From Lophium mytilinum (lineage: Eukaryota), in contig MU004182.1 in NCBI GenBank assembly GCA_010093605.1, forward strand, positions 2,775,195 to 2,839,194: a stretch of DNA of 64,000 bases, read 5' to 3'. The notes beneath the pieces are model-generated. The model saw only the letters and a program-made list of their open reading frames with translations. It made no database searches and was not told the DNA's origin. Shown in pieces: positions 37,339 through 50,299 of this stretch. Positions within the stretch are counted from its first letter, which is position 1, and each line of letters starts with the position of its first letter. The translations under genes were made by a program, and so were the position numbers.

Positions 37339-38066
37339 TCAAATATGTATCGTCATAACTAGAATCGACGTAACGAAAACGCGATGCTTAGTCTTCAGTG
37401 CTGAGAGTATCCTTGGAGTTGCGTCGTCAAAGAAGCCCTGGAGTAGACGCTCGCAGCTAAGCAAGGTAGTCGACAGAGAGCCTTGTTTTACCATCCACTC
37501 CAGAGTCTCTCTCGCGGTCATCTCCGAGTTGGTATTGTTCTGGTACGCTTTAAGAAAACTAGGCTCTGCTATCAGGCTCCCGAATTTCTCATTTGAAGTG
37601 GCCTTCGGGCAGAGATTGTCTTCCCGTACCCTTCGTCATGTTGCGTTACAAGCTTCGCTCGAGCAACTGAGACGCCCATGGTGTCTGCATTTCTTTTCAA
37701 CTCATCGGCTTGAACCTCCCCTCCTTGCAAGCTTTGCTGTTCCACTAGTTTAAAAGTTTCATAAACGAACTCAGCTGCTCTTGGAATCTCCACAAATAAG
37801 AAAGTACGAACGGTCTTCGGAGATGCTGATTGACTGCCCCACTCTTCATCCGAATCCTCATCCTACTCGATTTTTAGCGAGAGGCTAAAGGTTCGAACAT
37901 TTATCCAGTCCAAACGGCGAGCTCGATAGACACAATAGCATGGGAATCTGTTTTTGCAACCATCGAGGTTTACATCGAACTCTAACAAGGAAACACTGGC
38001 GTCTGCGCCGTAATCGAGGAAGTAGCATATTATCCTTCTAAACTGCCTCAAAATGTTGAGCTTCAC
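37339..38066 (-). pseudogene. Possible decayed gene fragment
   Basis: ORF pieces 37863-38066 and 37572-37793 are in frame across a TAG and contain an ankyrin-like FLDYGADA. No clear family. Confidence 0.25.
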
Positions 38067-38751
38067 ATTTACTGACTGAGGGACGAAGTTCGCTTGAGGA
38101 TTATTTTCTTGTTATGCGACTGACAAGAAGCAATGGAAAGGAGTCGGGCCAAAGAATCTACATCGGAAAGCTTATAGTAGGGATCAGCTCCTTAATCGTC
38201 GTAGGAACCACTGGTCTTCAAGACAATATGAATCAAATGCGTTTCGAGACCCATGTCCGAGAAAGTGGGCCTAACATGGAGGTAATAAGTTTAGGAGTAG
38301 GGACGGAGGAGCAGGGCGGGGAACAAGACGAGACTAATCTTCAGCCTTGTGGCTTTAATCAAGTGGAGTCCTCGACTGCACAGGCACGTTTTAAGTGTTC
38401 CCGTTACCTCCACCTTATAATATTAGACCTCGGGGGTATGCTTTTCAAGCTGATTGATCCAAACTTATACCTTAACAAGTCTTCGCATTCCTTTTTGCTC
38501 TCAACATTTTTTCAGCGAGAGGAAGGTTTGGATTAATACGACCTTGGGTAAGCAACCTCTTACGTAGCATGTGATCGCATGAACAAGATCATCCTCTCTA
38601 CATGTCTTCAACAAGTCTAACAGCTTCGAGCTAAAGAAATGCCGAGAACGCTTTATGCAACTTCATCGAGCTGCCCTTGAGCTAAATAACGCGAGTATTA
38701 TATTTGACAAGAGAACTATGCAGCGCCTCCACAGTAGAGTATACTAATCGC

Positions 38752-40446
38752 TCAACGAAGTTCGCTCAGGATAATGTCGGCAGCCTGCTCGGCGATAGCA
38801 TAGACTGCGACTTGGTAGTGCGAAGCAAGCGGCTGAGGAATCTAAAAAGCTTCCGTTAGATCCATGGATGGCTTAATCACTGACATGAAACTTACAACGC
38901 TGGCATCAACCACCCTTAGATTCTTGACACCCTTGACTTTGAGCGAGCCGTCGACAACGCTTCCCATAGCAGCCGTTCCACCAGGATGGAACACGGTAGA
39001 CCCGCCAAATTTGATTCTCTGATCGATCTGCTCATCCGAAGCATCTAAGCCGAGGATCGGCAGTTCAGGTGGAGTGTGCTCCTCGACCACAAGTTCCTTT
39101 CCTTCCGGGGTATCAAGCATGAGTCGAGTGTGCATACGGAAGCCTTCACGCATGACGTGCTTGTCTGTCTCCGTAGCGTAGTAGTTGGGGTCGATGACGG
39201 GTGGGGCTGCGGGATCACTCGAGGAAAGGGTGATAGAGCCACGGGAGGTAGGTAAACAGCCCATGTAGTAGGTCATGATGGAGTTCCCATCGAGAGGGAT
39301 TTGGAGTCCTTGGGTTTCTGCAGCAACAGCGGCATAGAGAAGGTTCATCTCTAAATGGCTGCGCGGACCCTTCAATAGTGCGTGTTCGTCCGACACAGGG
39401 CCTTCATCCTTTTCAATGGCCGCCTTCAGCGGTGCAGTGGAAATGGGCGCTGTGACTAGCCAGTCAACTGGCCCTCCTTTCTCGAAGTTCGGGCCTACGA
39501 AAGACGGAGATCCAAGGGCGAGGCCTTTCTCGGGGTGGCGAAGCTTCCAGTATCTAAAGAGCATGAGGTGGTCGTGCAGGTTCTTGCCGACCTCGACGAG
39601 GCTGACTGATGTTTCGATGCCATGCTCGGAAAGTTGTGTTGGGTCACCGATGCCTGAAAGCAAGAGAAGCTGCGGTGTACGATAGGCGCCAGCAGAAATG
39701 ATGACCTGACCGTTTGGCTTGACCATGTGTTTCTCTCCATTGACCAGCTCCACCCCCTCTGCAACATTGTCGCTGTTGAGGAGAACGCGACGAGCGAGCG
39801 TATCGGTTAGCACTGTAACTCCGTCTAGGGGATAAACAGAACTAGCGGTCTGTCGCTTCCCATCGCGCCAGTTCTCCACCAACTCGGCGATGCCCTGAGG
39901 GTGGCCGCTGTTCGCATCCGGCACGTGTTTAAGGCCGAGATGGGACCAGAGTTTTAGGACAGTATCTCGCAAGGGAAACTTGCGGCCGGAAGCAGTGATA
40001 GACGCGGTATGTATTGGGCCATCGAATCCATGTTGAGAGGGATCGGCATTGGGGTCAAAATGGTGCTCGGAACGCTTGAAGTAGGGCAGAAGGCCATTGT
40101 AGCTCCACCGTGGATCGTTCACCTGCCTCGCCCATTCATCGTAGTCGAGGGCGTCGCCTCGAATCCAGCCGCCGGTGTTGATAATGGTGCCTCCGGACAA
40201 GCCTTTGATTGCGCAATTATACCGGGGAAGGCCATTGAGATGTTTCTGAGGAGCGGTCATGTACATCCAATCGAGGTCTGAGCCATGCAAGAATGCAGCT
40301 TCGGCGGGATTGGAGATATGCGCGTGGTTGGTGACATCGGGGCCTGCCTCAATGAGGAGAATGGAGAGCTCTGGTTTCATCTGGTGGAGGCGAGAGGCCA
40401 GGACCACACCAGCAGTGCCACCGCCAACGATAATGATATCCGCCAT
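38752..40446 (-). CDS. GMC oxidoreductase (AA3), no signal peptide, one intron
   Basis: IIVGGGTAG, ISAGAYRTPQLLLLSGIG, VGKNLHDH, VFHPGGT, LRVVDAS. Last exon IPQPLASHYQ...LSELR*. Confidence 0.93.
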
Positions 40447-40915
40447 GGTGTTGAGTTTGGAGGTGAGATTTTGGTGGAGGAGGTTGCTAAATCGTTAACG
40501 CTATTTCTATACCATAGCACCAAGGCGGCGAGGTTTGCTGTATGATCCCCTGTTGATGCATGCAGGTGGATATTCTATGTGGGCCTTCGGTCGTACCACA
40601 TCGCCCGGGCCGCACTTAATCTACTCGCCGGCTGAAGTAACCTCAGGGCGGCTCCGAGTGGCCGGAGTCCGTTAACTATCCACCAGCTGGGAAGGCCGTT
40701 GGGGACTGAAATACCTCTTTGGCACGTCCCCTGCATGCAATTTCGAGATCGCCACACACTCGTTGGCTGGTGCGGGGGTCCCCGATCGGCCCCCCACGGC
40801 AACACATCACGTGATCCGGACTACACCACTACAGCTCAATCAAGAAGGCGTCGCGGAGGGACGCGAACCCAATAAATGTGCCGTGTTTCTTTCATTCTAT
40901 TTTGTCACCGTTACA

Positions 40916-42550
40916 ATGGGTCAGTCGTCATTGTTCTCGTTCTTTTCCGTCACCAACCTCTTTGCCATATTCTTCCTTGTGATTGCTCTATACTCTTTTG
41001 GTCTCGTTTTGTACCGCCTTTACTTCCATCCTCTGGCCAAATTCCCCGGGCCAAAGCTCGCTGCTGCCACAAAATGGTACGAGTTTTACTTCGATGTCGT
41101 CAAGGGCTCAGGCGGGCAATTCATGTTTGAGACCGATCGCATGCACGAGCAGTATGGCCCAATTGTTCGAGTCAATCCAGACGAGCTGCATATCAAAGAT
41201 CCAGAGTTCTACGACACTCTCTACCGGGCCGGCAGCGCAATCAGAGACAAGTATCCTCCAAGCTGTCTCTTCGCTGGCACGCCACTTGGAGTCTTTGGCA
41301 CCGTGAAACATGACCCTCACCGAGCGCGAAAGGCTCCTCTGGCGGCCTACTTCTCCAAACGTGTGTACCGGACAGCGGAGCCTATTTTCCAGTCTCAAAT
41401 TGAGGACTTCTCCGATCGTCTGCGCAATCGTCAGGTTTCAGGAAAAGTCACCGATGTCCGCGTAGACTTCCTCTCCACTGCGACTGAGATCGTCTCTCGC
41501 TACGCTTTTGGCCACCCTATTGGTCTCCACGACTCACCCGAGGAAGCCATGGACTGGCTTCTTACTGTCAAGGCTATTGCAGCCGTGTCTCCGTTCTTCA
41601 AGCAGTATCCATACGTCGCTCAATGGCTTTTGCCGTGCCCGGAATGGCTTGTCAAGATTTTATATCCCGTTTTTGCTCCTTCGATCAGATTACATAGCGT
41701 GAGTGCTTTTTGCACGAGTTAACGTGAGCCAGAGACTGACACATCATTATAGAAAATGCAGCGCGAAGCCGTTGAAGCGTGCGAAAAGGTTGCCTTGGAC
41801 GAGAAAGTCACTGTCTGGGACGGCACCCCCGAGACGCGTCCACCCACCGTCTTCGAAGCTATCCTCAAGACTAATCTCCCACCCTCAGAGAAGACACCCG
41901 ATCGGTTAGACCACGACGCCTTTACAGCTATCTTTGGTGGTGGCGACCCGGCTGCTCGCACTTTGACAAACTGCACGTTCTGGCTTCTCACAAACCCTTC
42001 AGTCCTGCAAAGACTTCAGCAGGAACTAGACGACGCCATACCGAATCGTTCGCAGCAATTCACCATGCAACAAGTAGAGGAGCTACCATACCTGAACGCG
42101 GTGATGAAAGAGTGCTTGCGCCTCCAGGCGATTTCGACAAGCAGGCTCGAGGTTGTGTGTCCAAACGAAGTTCTCCGATACAAAGACTGGGTCATCCATC
42201 CTGGCACTGCCGTAGGCATGTCCCTACGCCACACTCTTCATGACCCGTACATTTACCCAGATCCTCATGCGTTCAGGCCTGGGAGATGGCTTGACGAATC
42301 TGGAAAGATTGATGTCGGAAAAGACAAGTACTATATCCCCTTTCATCGTGGTCATCGCATGTGTCTCGGATACGCCTTTGCTACGACTATGATGCTCATG
42401 ACGCTTGCTACCGTCTTTCGTCGGTTTGAGCTGGAGCTGGTAGATACAATTTACGAACGGGACGTGAAGATTGTCAGGGATTGCTTTATTGGAGAAACGG
42501 AGCCTGATACGAAGGGCGTAAAGATCAAGGTTCTAAAAGAGAGGAATTAG
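40916..42550 (+). CDS. Cytochrome P450, trichodiene oxygenase (CYP58)-like, one intron
   Basis: HPLAKFPGPKLAAAT.WYEFY, YGPIVRVNPDELH, KECLR, FRPGRW, PFHRGHRMCLG. Confidence 0.92.
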
Positions 42551-42961
42551 GCAACCAGAGAACCTGTTCATAGCCCAGAAATCTCGAAGTTGTAACTAGA
42601 TCGGGTCTCTAGACGGTGGGAACTTGACGGTCACGTGAGTAGATGCTGTAACTGGTGATATTCGGAGTGCGAAGCAACCGAAGACAATGTTATAACTACA
42701 AATATAATAACTTTGCCATTCAGATGTAAATTTGCCACCAAATAAACTATGAGTACTGGAAACGGAGTCGCAATGGATTCAAATTATCGAACTAGATGAC
42801 ATGATTTAACTTTTCTCCATGGAAACATCTCTTGATTACTTTACACATACATCTTCACTGGCTTAAAAGGTACGTCCTCGTCGACTAACCAAACATGAAA
42901 CATAAACTCATATACAAAATAACAACACGACCCAGCAAGCCCCTCACCAACCACTAAGTCC

Positions 42962-44132
42962 TTAAACCGCCGTCACTACGTCAGTCCTGTGTGGAACTTC
43001 TCCCGAAGGCGTCCTTGACCAACTACCGTCGATGTGTACCTCTGTCGTGTGCCAAATCTTACCTGGCACTGTCTTCAGCTCGCGCTCGCTCTCGTTCTTC
43101 TGCGCAGTGAAACCTTTCTTAGACTTTGTCGTTCCATCGCTCAGGATATAGCTGTCCTTGCCCGACTTCCTGGTAGACCAAGCACTTCCATACGGCAGGC
43201 TCGAGATCAGACTCGAGCATTTAGCTCGCATGAAGACAAGCAAGGGCCGGATTACAAGAAGACATGCGACAATGATAGCCACAGAAGGCTCGACACTAGC
43301 CCAAATTAAATTTTGGGTCGGGCCTTCGAGGTCATTCGGGCTGAAGCGCGTGTGCAGGATCATGGCCGTGCGAACCACTCCCGCAGCTACGGTGAACAGG
43401 CCTAGTGTAAAGATGGCCATAGTCGCCAACTTGGAGCTCTTCCGCATCTTGAGGCCATTAATGAGCGGCATGGGGAGGACGAAGATGATGATGTCGCTGA
43501 TAACATCGACGACTCCAATGCTCACGTACGCGACGGTGGTGTTCCCACATGTGCCGGACTTGTTGACTTGGTCCCAGTTGTAGCTCAGCGGGCGACAGAT
43601 TAAGAAAGCGATGAGGATAGTTTGCAGCGCCCAGCAGATGCAGAAGACAATGGCACAGTTCGCGATGATTCTGAAAACCCTGAAGACGTTGAATATGCGC
43701 TTTAAAGAGAGCAGAATAGAGGTCTTGACGAGGCCGAGCGCAATGGCGTATGTGACTTGGTTGGCGATGAGGAGCTTGAGCTGGTTTTCGAGCTGGTTCG
43801 ATTTGCCCGCTGCTACGAGGTCTGCGACTTGTACACCGAGGCCATTGTACGCGACTGAGGGTTTCGCGTTAGCGGCTGTTGTGCATGATTCGTGATGATG
43901 TGGTGAAGGTGGAGTGCTCACAGACGATGTTTCCGGCGGCGTATCCCCAATTTACAATTACACCTCCAACTACTAGCCAGTCCTCTAACAACGGCGTGAT
44001 CGCATTCAGATAGCGAGCCCAGAAACGACCCAAAACAGCAACGGTTGCTAAGAAGCTGAAAACGACAGTAATGATAATCGTTCGGAGGCCCATCTCCGTC
44101 AGGCCATCTGCTGGGACTGTAGACGTGTCCAT
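42962..44132 (-). CDS. PTH11-like (fungal rhodopsin-domain) integral membrane protein, no CFEM seen
   Basis: GRFWAR...LEDWL, VKTSIL, CRPLSYNWD, DIIIFVLPMP, WASVE..VAIIVACL. Confidence 0.88.
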
Positions 44133-45673
44133 GATCAAGAAAAGAGCGTAGATAGAGATGCACAAAGCGAAAAGCGGAGCAACTAAGGAGGAGACGATAC
44201 ACGACGGTGCGGACGGGTGTATTGAGAGATGCGAGCAGGGCAGTCAGGATTCATGCGACATGATCCTTTGGTAATCTTTCCTTATCGAAAATCACATGTG
44301 CGGGTTGGCGAAAGCGGTAACGGAGAATGGAGCCAATGATATTACGGACTCCGGCGCAGGCTAATACAAGTAGGGTAGGAGTGCATATTCAAGGATCCAT
44401 AATGAGAGACTGCATGCGACTCGCCTCCACGAGACAATACCGCGAAACGAGTTGAGGGCCGAGGGATCATCTCACCACCGCGCGTTTCCGAGACGGGGTG
44501 GCGCTGCGTTTTGCTCACCTACAAAGCGAACGAGGTAGTAGCAGCCGGTATGTTACATTTGATCAGGACTTTTGGGGCCCTAAGATAAGTCATCTGTAGT
44601 TTTGGATAGAGCGCCGAACCGCGTGCGAACCGCCATTTGGGCGGCCCGCAGCATTGGAAGGTTTGTGCCGTCTATTAAAGGAAGGTCGGGGTCGAGATAT
44701 ACAACAAACACTATACGTTCGCTTAGTCTAGTTCCGTGGCGTAGTTCCCGCAGCGGTAGCGGGCCGTGCCCCCACGTCTTCCCGTGTGTGTGCCGTGGGA
44801 TCGTCGCTTAGGAAGAAGAAGTCTTCACGGTGACTCTCCTATCTTGAGACAGTTCGCTCGCAACTCCAAAGCAAAGGTCAAAAGTAAGGTACTTTGGCAT
44901 TGAGAAGCTCTGAAAACCTCGGTACAAGATCAAGATGCATTTTCCCGTGATGCTTGTTCTGTGACGGCGGTCCCCTCCGCCTCCTACTTTGAGCTTAGTC
45001 TAGTGGAGAACGGCTTGCCGCTTGCCCCATGTCCATCCACCAGCCCAACAGAGGCCCCTGCTTTACTATTCCTGTTCCTGGGCTAACGTAGGATCAGTAT
45101 GCTGGGCTTGTAATGCGGACAAGAGAATGCTAGAGCGGTCAGCATTTAGTCTCAGACTAGCCAGTGCTTGCGCAAGCCCCTAACCCTCATAGCCTGGACA
45201 CGGACACCTTTGGGCCTAAACACCGACAACCCGCTATCCACCATGGCGCAAGCCCGAGTGTGGGTAACAGCCTTGCGAGGGAGGTCCCTTCACACTGATC
45301 AGATGCACGAGCCAGGCGGACGGCGATGGAGTTGGAAGGCCTATTTCTGCAAAATCTAATTTGGTCTTGAATTGGGATAGGTGGGAAAGAGCCTGTGGTT
45401 TGAGACGACGAGCAAAGCCACGCTTTGATAGTCTCCGTAGTCAACCTTCGGTAAATCCCCTAAATGTCAAGCGCAGGATGAAATTGTGAAGTACCTCGTT
45501 ATAATAGTAGGCAAGCTGGCAAGGTCCGATTCAAATTCTGCACCCTTTTCATACAAACCTAAAACACACTCTTACTACCCAGGTCAATTTCCAGAACATC
45601 ACTCCCGACTTTGCGAATCCTGACCGGTGCATTCCCAGTGATAGTCCTGGATTCCAGTACCAGTACCACAGAC

Positions 45674-47022
45674 ATGGCACCAGCGACTGTCGAGCATGGC
45701 CTCTCTGAAACAGAACCGGCATCGTGTCACCTCGAGCCGCTTTCGAACCCACTGCGGCACAGCAAGCACGACCAACAGGCACAGCGAAAAAGGGTCCTCG
45801 CTTCGCTGCGAGGCCAGACAGTCCGCATACCGAATATGGCATCACTGTTTCAATCCTGGCCTACAAAAGTGAATCCCGCAGTGGATCGTATGCGCGTCGA
45901 GATCAAGGAATGGCTCAACAGGTACGCCGCAAACCTGCATTGCTTCAAACCCCTATGTCAGATCCACTTCATCCCCCAATTCGTCGCTGCTCCGTCAGCC
46001 CTACTCCATCACCAGTATCCCCGCTGACCATATCCCTAGCACGATGCCCCCGGGAAAGGTTCTTACCGCACTACAGGCCTCAGACTTTGGCTTCTTCGGC
46101 GCCACATGGTGGCCCTGTGCTCCATTCCCCCAGCTGCGCATCGTGACCTATCTTGTCGTCTGGCTCTTCATCTGGGACGATGAGATTGACCTCTCTGACG
46201 GAACCATGTGGAATGCCTTCAGCGCCGCTCAGCTCTACCGAGATCAGACTCTCTCCTATGTACGCTATACACTGGGTATCGATGCTACCCGCCCGCTGGT
46301 TACAAATCACATCATTCTGATGTTCGCCCCCATCGGGGAAGCAGTCAGAGAGCGGTACTCGCTCGCACAACGAATGATGTTTTACAACGAAATTCGCTAC
46401 TTCATGGAGATGAGCGAGAGGGAACAGCGATTGCGGCTCGCGGGCCCGATTCCTAATCTCGAGGAGTTCTGGCGGTATAGGCTAGGGAGTAGCGCCGTTA
46501 CGGTTTGCCTTGCGCTGAACGAGTTCTCATGGGAAGCGATGGATCTCCCGCTGGAATTTTATGCGGATGATGACGTGAAAAGTATCTTTAGATACACGAA
46601 CACGATTATCTCGGCGACAAACGATCTCGTGTCGATTAAGAAGGAAGTGGTGAGTGGTTCGTACATTTACGATCCGAGATTCGGTCGTTAGACTCAGAAT
46701 GTGGAGCTAATGGTGTTACTAGAAACGTGACGCGATTGATTCTCTCATCCCAATCATATATTCCCACGTGGGAGATGTCCAAATTGCTGTAGCTGAAGTC
46801 ATTGCGTTTATAGCGGCTGAGATTGGGAACCTAGACGATGCGGCTGAGAACTTAGTCATGCGGTATGCGTCCGCCGACGACAAAACGCAGGCCCAAGTGA
46901 GAGATTTCGTGGACGGATGCAAGCACTATAGCACCGGGAACTTCATCTGGTCCCTGGAGACGGACCGATATGATGTTGATTATGCGACCGATGGGTCAGG
47001 GGATATTCTCATGACACTTTGA
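45674..47022 (+). CDS. Class I terpene cyclase (probable sesquiterpene synthase), 2 introns
   Basis: WDDEID, RLGSSAV, NSE motif NDLVSIKKE, WSLETDRY. Confidence 0.93.
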
Positions 47023-47302
47023 GAGCGATAATGGAAAGAGGAGCAGGTTGGTGAAAGGACTCGAGATATTCAAGATTGCGACCTGTAAGGTGGGCTTAGG
47101 TGATTGTACGCGTTCGGAGGAACCTTATAAATATTTTTTGAGTCTAGAAAATGTTATAATACTGCTGCACATTCTTTGTGGTCTCGGTTCTAAAGCTGCG
47201 TTCAAACTACGGTGTAGCGCTGTTGTCTATGCTGTTGTCTTTCTATGCCTTAAGAAAATAGGATTAAATATTATCACAACCTTCTCATCTAAACGTGAAG
47301 AA

Positions 47303-49215
47303 CTACTTCCTCTTAATGATTGCATCCGCGATTTTCTCGGCCAGCATGTACACAGTACTCTGTGGATGCCCTGGCACCATAAACGGAAATGCACTCGCGT
47401 CTACAACCCGAAGCCCATCTACCCCGAACACCTTTGCCTTGGAATCCACAACAGCGTTCTTATCCCCTTTCTTTCCCATCGAACAAGTCGCACCCGCATG
47501 CCAGATCTGGGTCGCGGCATTCTTCACGAACGCGAGTATCTGTGCATCCGTCTTGACTGCGTCCCCAGGCGCAACCTCGGGCCCAACTTTGATGCTTGAT
47601 ATGCCGTTGAAGGCTTGTCGTGCCCGCTTCAATCCAGCCACAGCAACCTCGCCGTCTGCGGGGTTTGTAAACCACCCTAGATCAATGACTGGAGGTATCG
47701 CCGAGTCGGCGCTTTGGATGGTGACGCTTCCACGAGACAATGGCGCCGTGAGACAGGCACTCAAGACACCCAACGTGCTTCCATTCGGGCCTGCAGCCGC
47801 ACCAGCAACATACTCGACTTCCGGCCAATCAGCTGGAAACCAGTCAAGAGCGACTTTGGTGGCGCTGGAGAAAGTCTTGCGGAGCGTGCTGGGAATTTTC
47901 TCGAAGGAGATGTAGGCTGAGATTGAGCTCAGCGGACCCCACTGCTGCTCATAGTACTGCTTGTTGGCCTTTTCTGGGTCGAGGGCTATCTCTTGACCTC
48001 CGGAGGGCGTGCTGACGACGTTGATGATTTGGAAGTAGAGCTGGTCCCATAAATTCTGACCGACGCCGGCAAGGTTCGAGATGACGGGGATATTGTACTT
48101 GCTCAGTGTTGCTGCAGGACCGATTCCAGATACCAATAGGAGATGCGGAGAACCGAAGACACCGGCTGAGAGTATGACCTCCCTCTTAGCAGTGAGAATG
48201 TACGACTTTTCATTGGCAGTGACCTGGACACCCTTTGCACGTTTGGAGCTGAAGAGGATCCTCGTCGCGCGTGTGTGGTGGTAGACCTGCAAGCCGGCTG
48301 GCACCCCAATCTGCTCCATGTAGCTGGTTCGCGACGATGATCGAGTCGCGTCGCACGGGTCGACCGACGTGGTGACGTACGCGCTGGTGCCAGTCAGGAG
48401 TCCACTGTTCAGGCCAAGTACACTCTGGGGCAGGCCGAGAGATCGGATGCCCTTAGCGAGCCAAGTGATGGTTGGATCAACCCATTGCGCCCACGAAACC
48501 TGGACTGGGCCTTTGAGAGAATCACTGAAGGCTGTGGGGTCGTAGATGAAAGTAGCGTTTGGTGTATTGCGTTTGGGGAAGTTAGGAGGATAAGAGAATG
48601 CCGATCTTTTGAAGAAAGGGAGGATGTTCCAGTACGTGTAGGAAGGATCGCCCACTACATCTGCCCATTTTTGATACGCTCCATACGTTGCGCGATGGAA
48701 GGCCAAAGTATTGATCGCAGATGAACCTCCGAGAGTCTTGCCTTGCGCGTAGTGGATTTGGCGACCTCCAGCCGCTTTTTGAGGGACCGAGACATAGTCC
48801 CAATCCATCAATGAGTTTCGAGGGTAAGAGGGAGTCGTGTCGAGGAACGGCATCGCCGTCGCGTAACCCGGCACTGTGCTGAGATTGCCATTGTCCTGCT
48901 CGTAGAAGCCACCAGCCTCAATCACGGCCACGGAGGCAACTTGAGCTAGACGAGAGGCTATGGCTAGGCCAGCAGTACCGCCTCCAATGACTACAGTCAT
49001 GGTATTAGTCAAGCAGGCTCAATCGACAAAAGGGACGACTGGAAAACAGGATGGCTCATACCAACATAGTCGTAAGTACCGGCTTGTCCAAAGGCTGGCT
49101 GCGCGAGAGCCTCGCCGATGACGAGCTGCAAGAACAGCAGTGCCGCAGCCACTTGTCCCCCCGAACGCTGTGCAGCCGTCACGATGCCCGCATATATTGG
49201 CCCCGAAAAACGCAT
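47303..49215 (-). CDS. GMC oxidoreductase (AA3), probably secreted, one intron
   Basis: Hydrophobic leader, YDYV(V)IGGGTAG, GKTLGGSSA, ILSAGVFGSP, IWHAGATC, PGHPQST. Confidence 0.93.
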
Positions 49216-50299
49216 TGCTTTCTCGATCGCCCGACGACGAATTGGCGGAAAATCGGGTAAAGAGGTAAGAAAAGCGCCAGCCAGGTGCTAAGAAATGAGG
49301 GCCGAGGACACAGCTCGAGCGATGGTACTCGGTACCTGCATACCAGCAATCAAACCCATCACGTGAAGAAGGAAGCGCAAGGTTGCGTAGGAGTGCAGGA
49401 GTGGCGTCCCTGCGATGCCGGACGAGATGAAGATAGTCTAGCGTGCTTGGTTTGCTGTTGGAATGGTGAAGGGACGGCACGGGGCGAGCTCTCCTTGCAA
49501 CCCGACACCCCGATGTTCTAGGGCTCTGCGGGTGAACCAAGTCCGTGGATCTGCGTGGGCATATCCCCTGTTAAACTCGGCACGGCATAGCAGCTACCTC
49601 CTCGGTCTTCCCGACGTCGAAAATCCTAACTAGGCATTATTCTCCTGTAAATTTATGCCCCGTCTTCTAGCTATACTATAGTAAGGTAGATAAGTAGTAA
49701 TATAGTAGTAGAAGATAGAATAGTTATAAAAGTAAAAATTATATTTACTAAAAGAAAGAAAAAGTAGAAAAGAATAGCCTTAATTATAGAGTACTACTAA
49801 ATATATACTCTATATTTACTTAGTATATACTTTTTTTCTACTCTATATATACTCTTTTTATATCTAATCTTCTAATTAGTTTAAAGAGCTTAAAGAAAGC
49901 TCTAGTACTTAATTCTTATATATATCTATATAAAATAAGAAGGCTATATAGCCTTACTATTTTATTATATATTTTTACTATTTTTATAAAGCTATATATA
50001 TAGGCTAGCTATATATAAGGCCTTATATAAGGCTATATATAAGGCTATAGTTATAATAAGGCTATATAGTATATCTATTTTACTATATATACTTTCTATT
50101 TTCTATATATATAGGCTATTATATTACTATATATATATCTATATATCTAAAAGTATACTAAAATAGTTAAATTCTTATCTTATTATAGCCTCTCTATATT
50201 AAACCTAGCCCCCCTATATTACTACTACGCCTTCTTAGCTATTTTAATCTATTAACCCCTCTATATACTAATTATATAATACTATCTAATATTAAAGCT

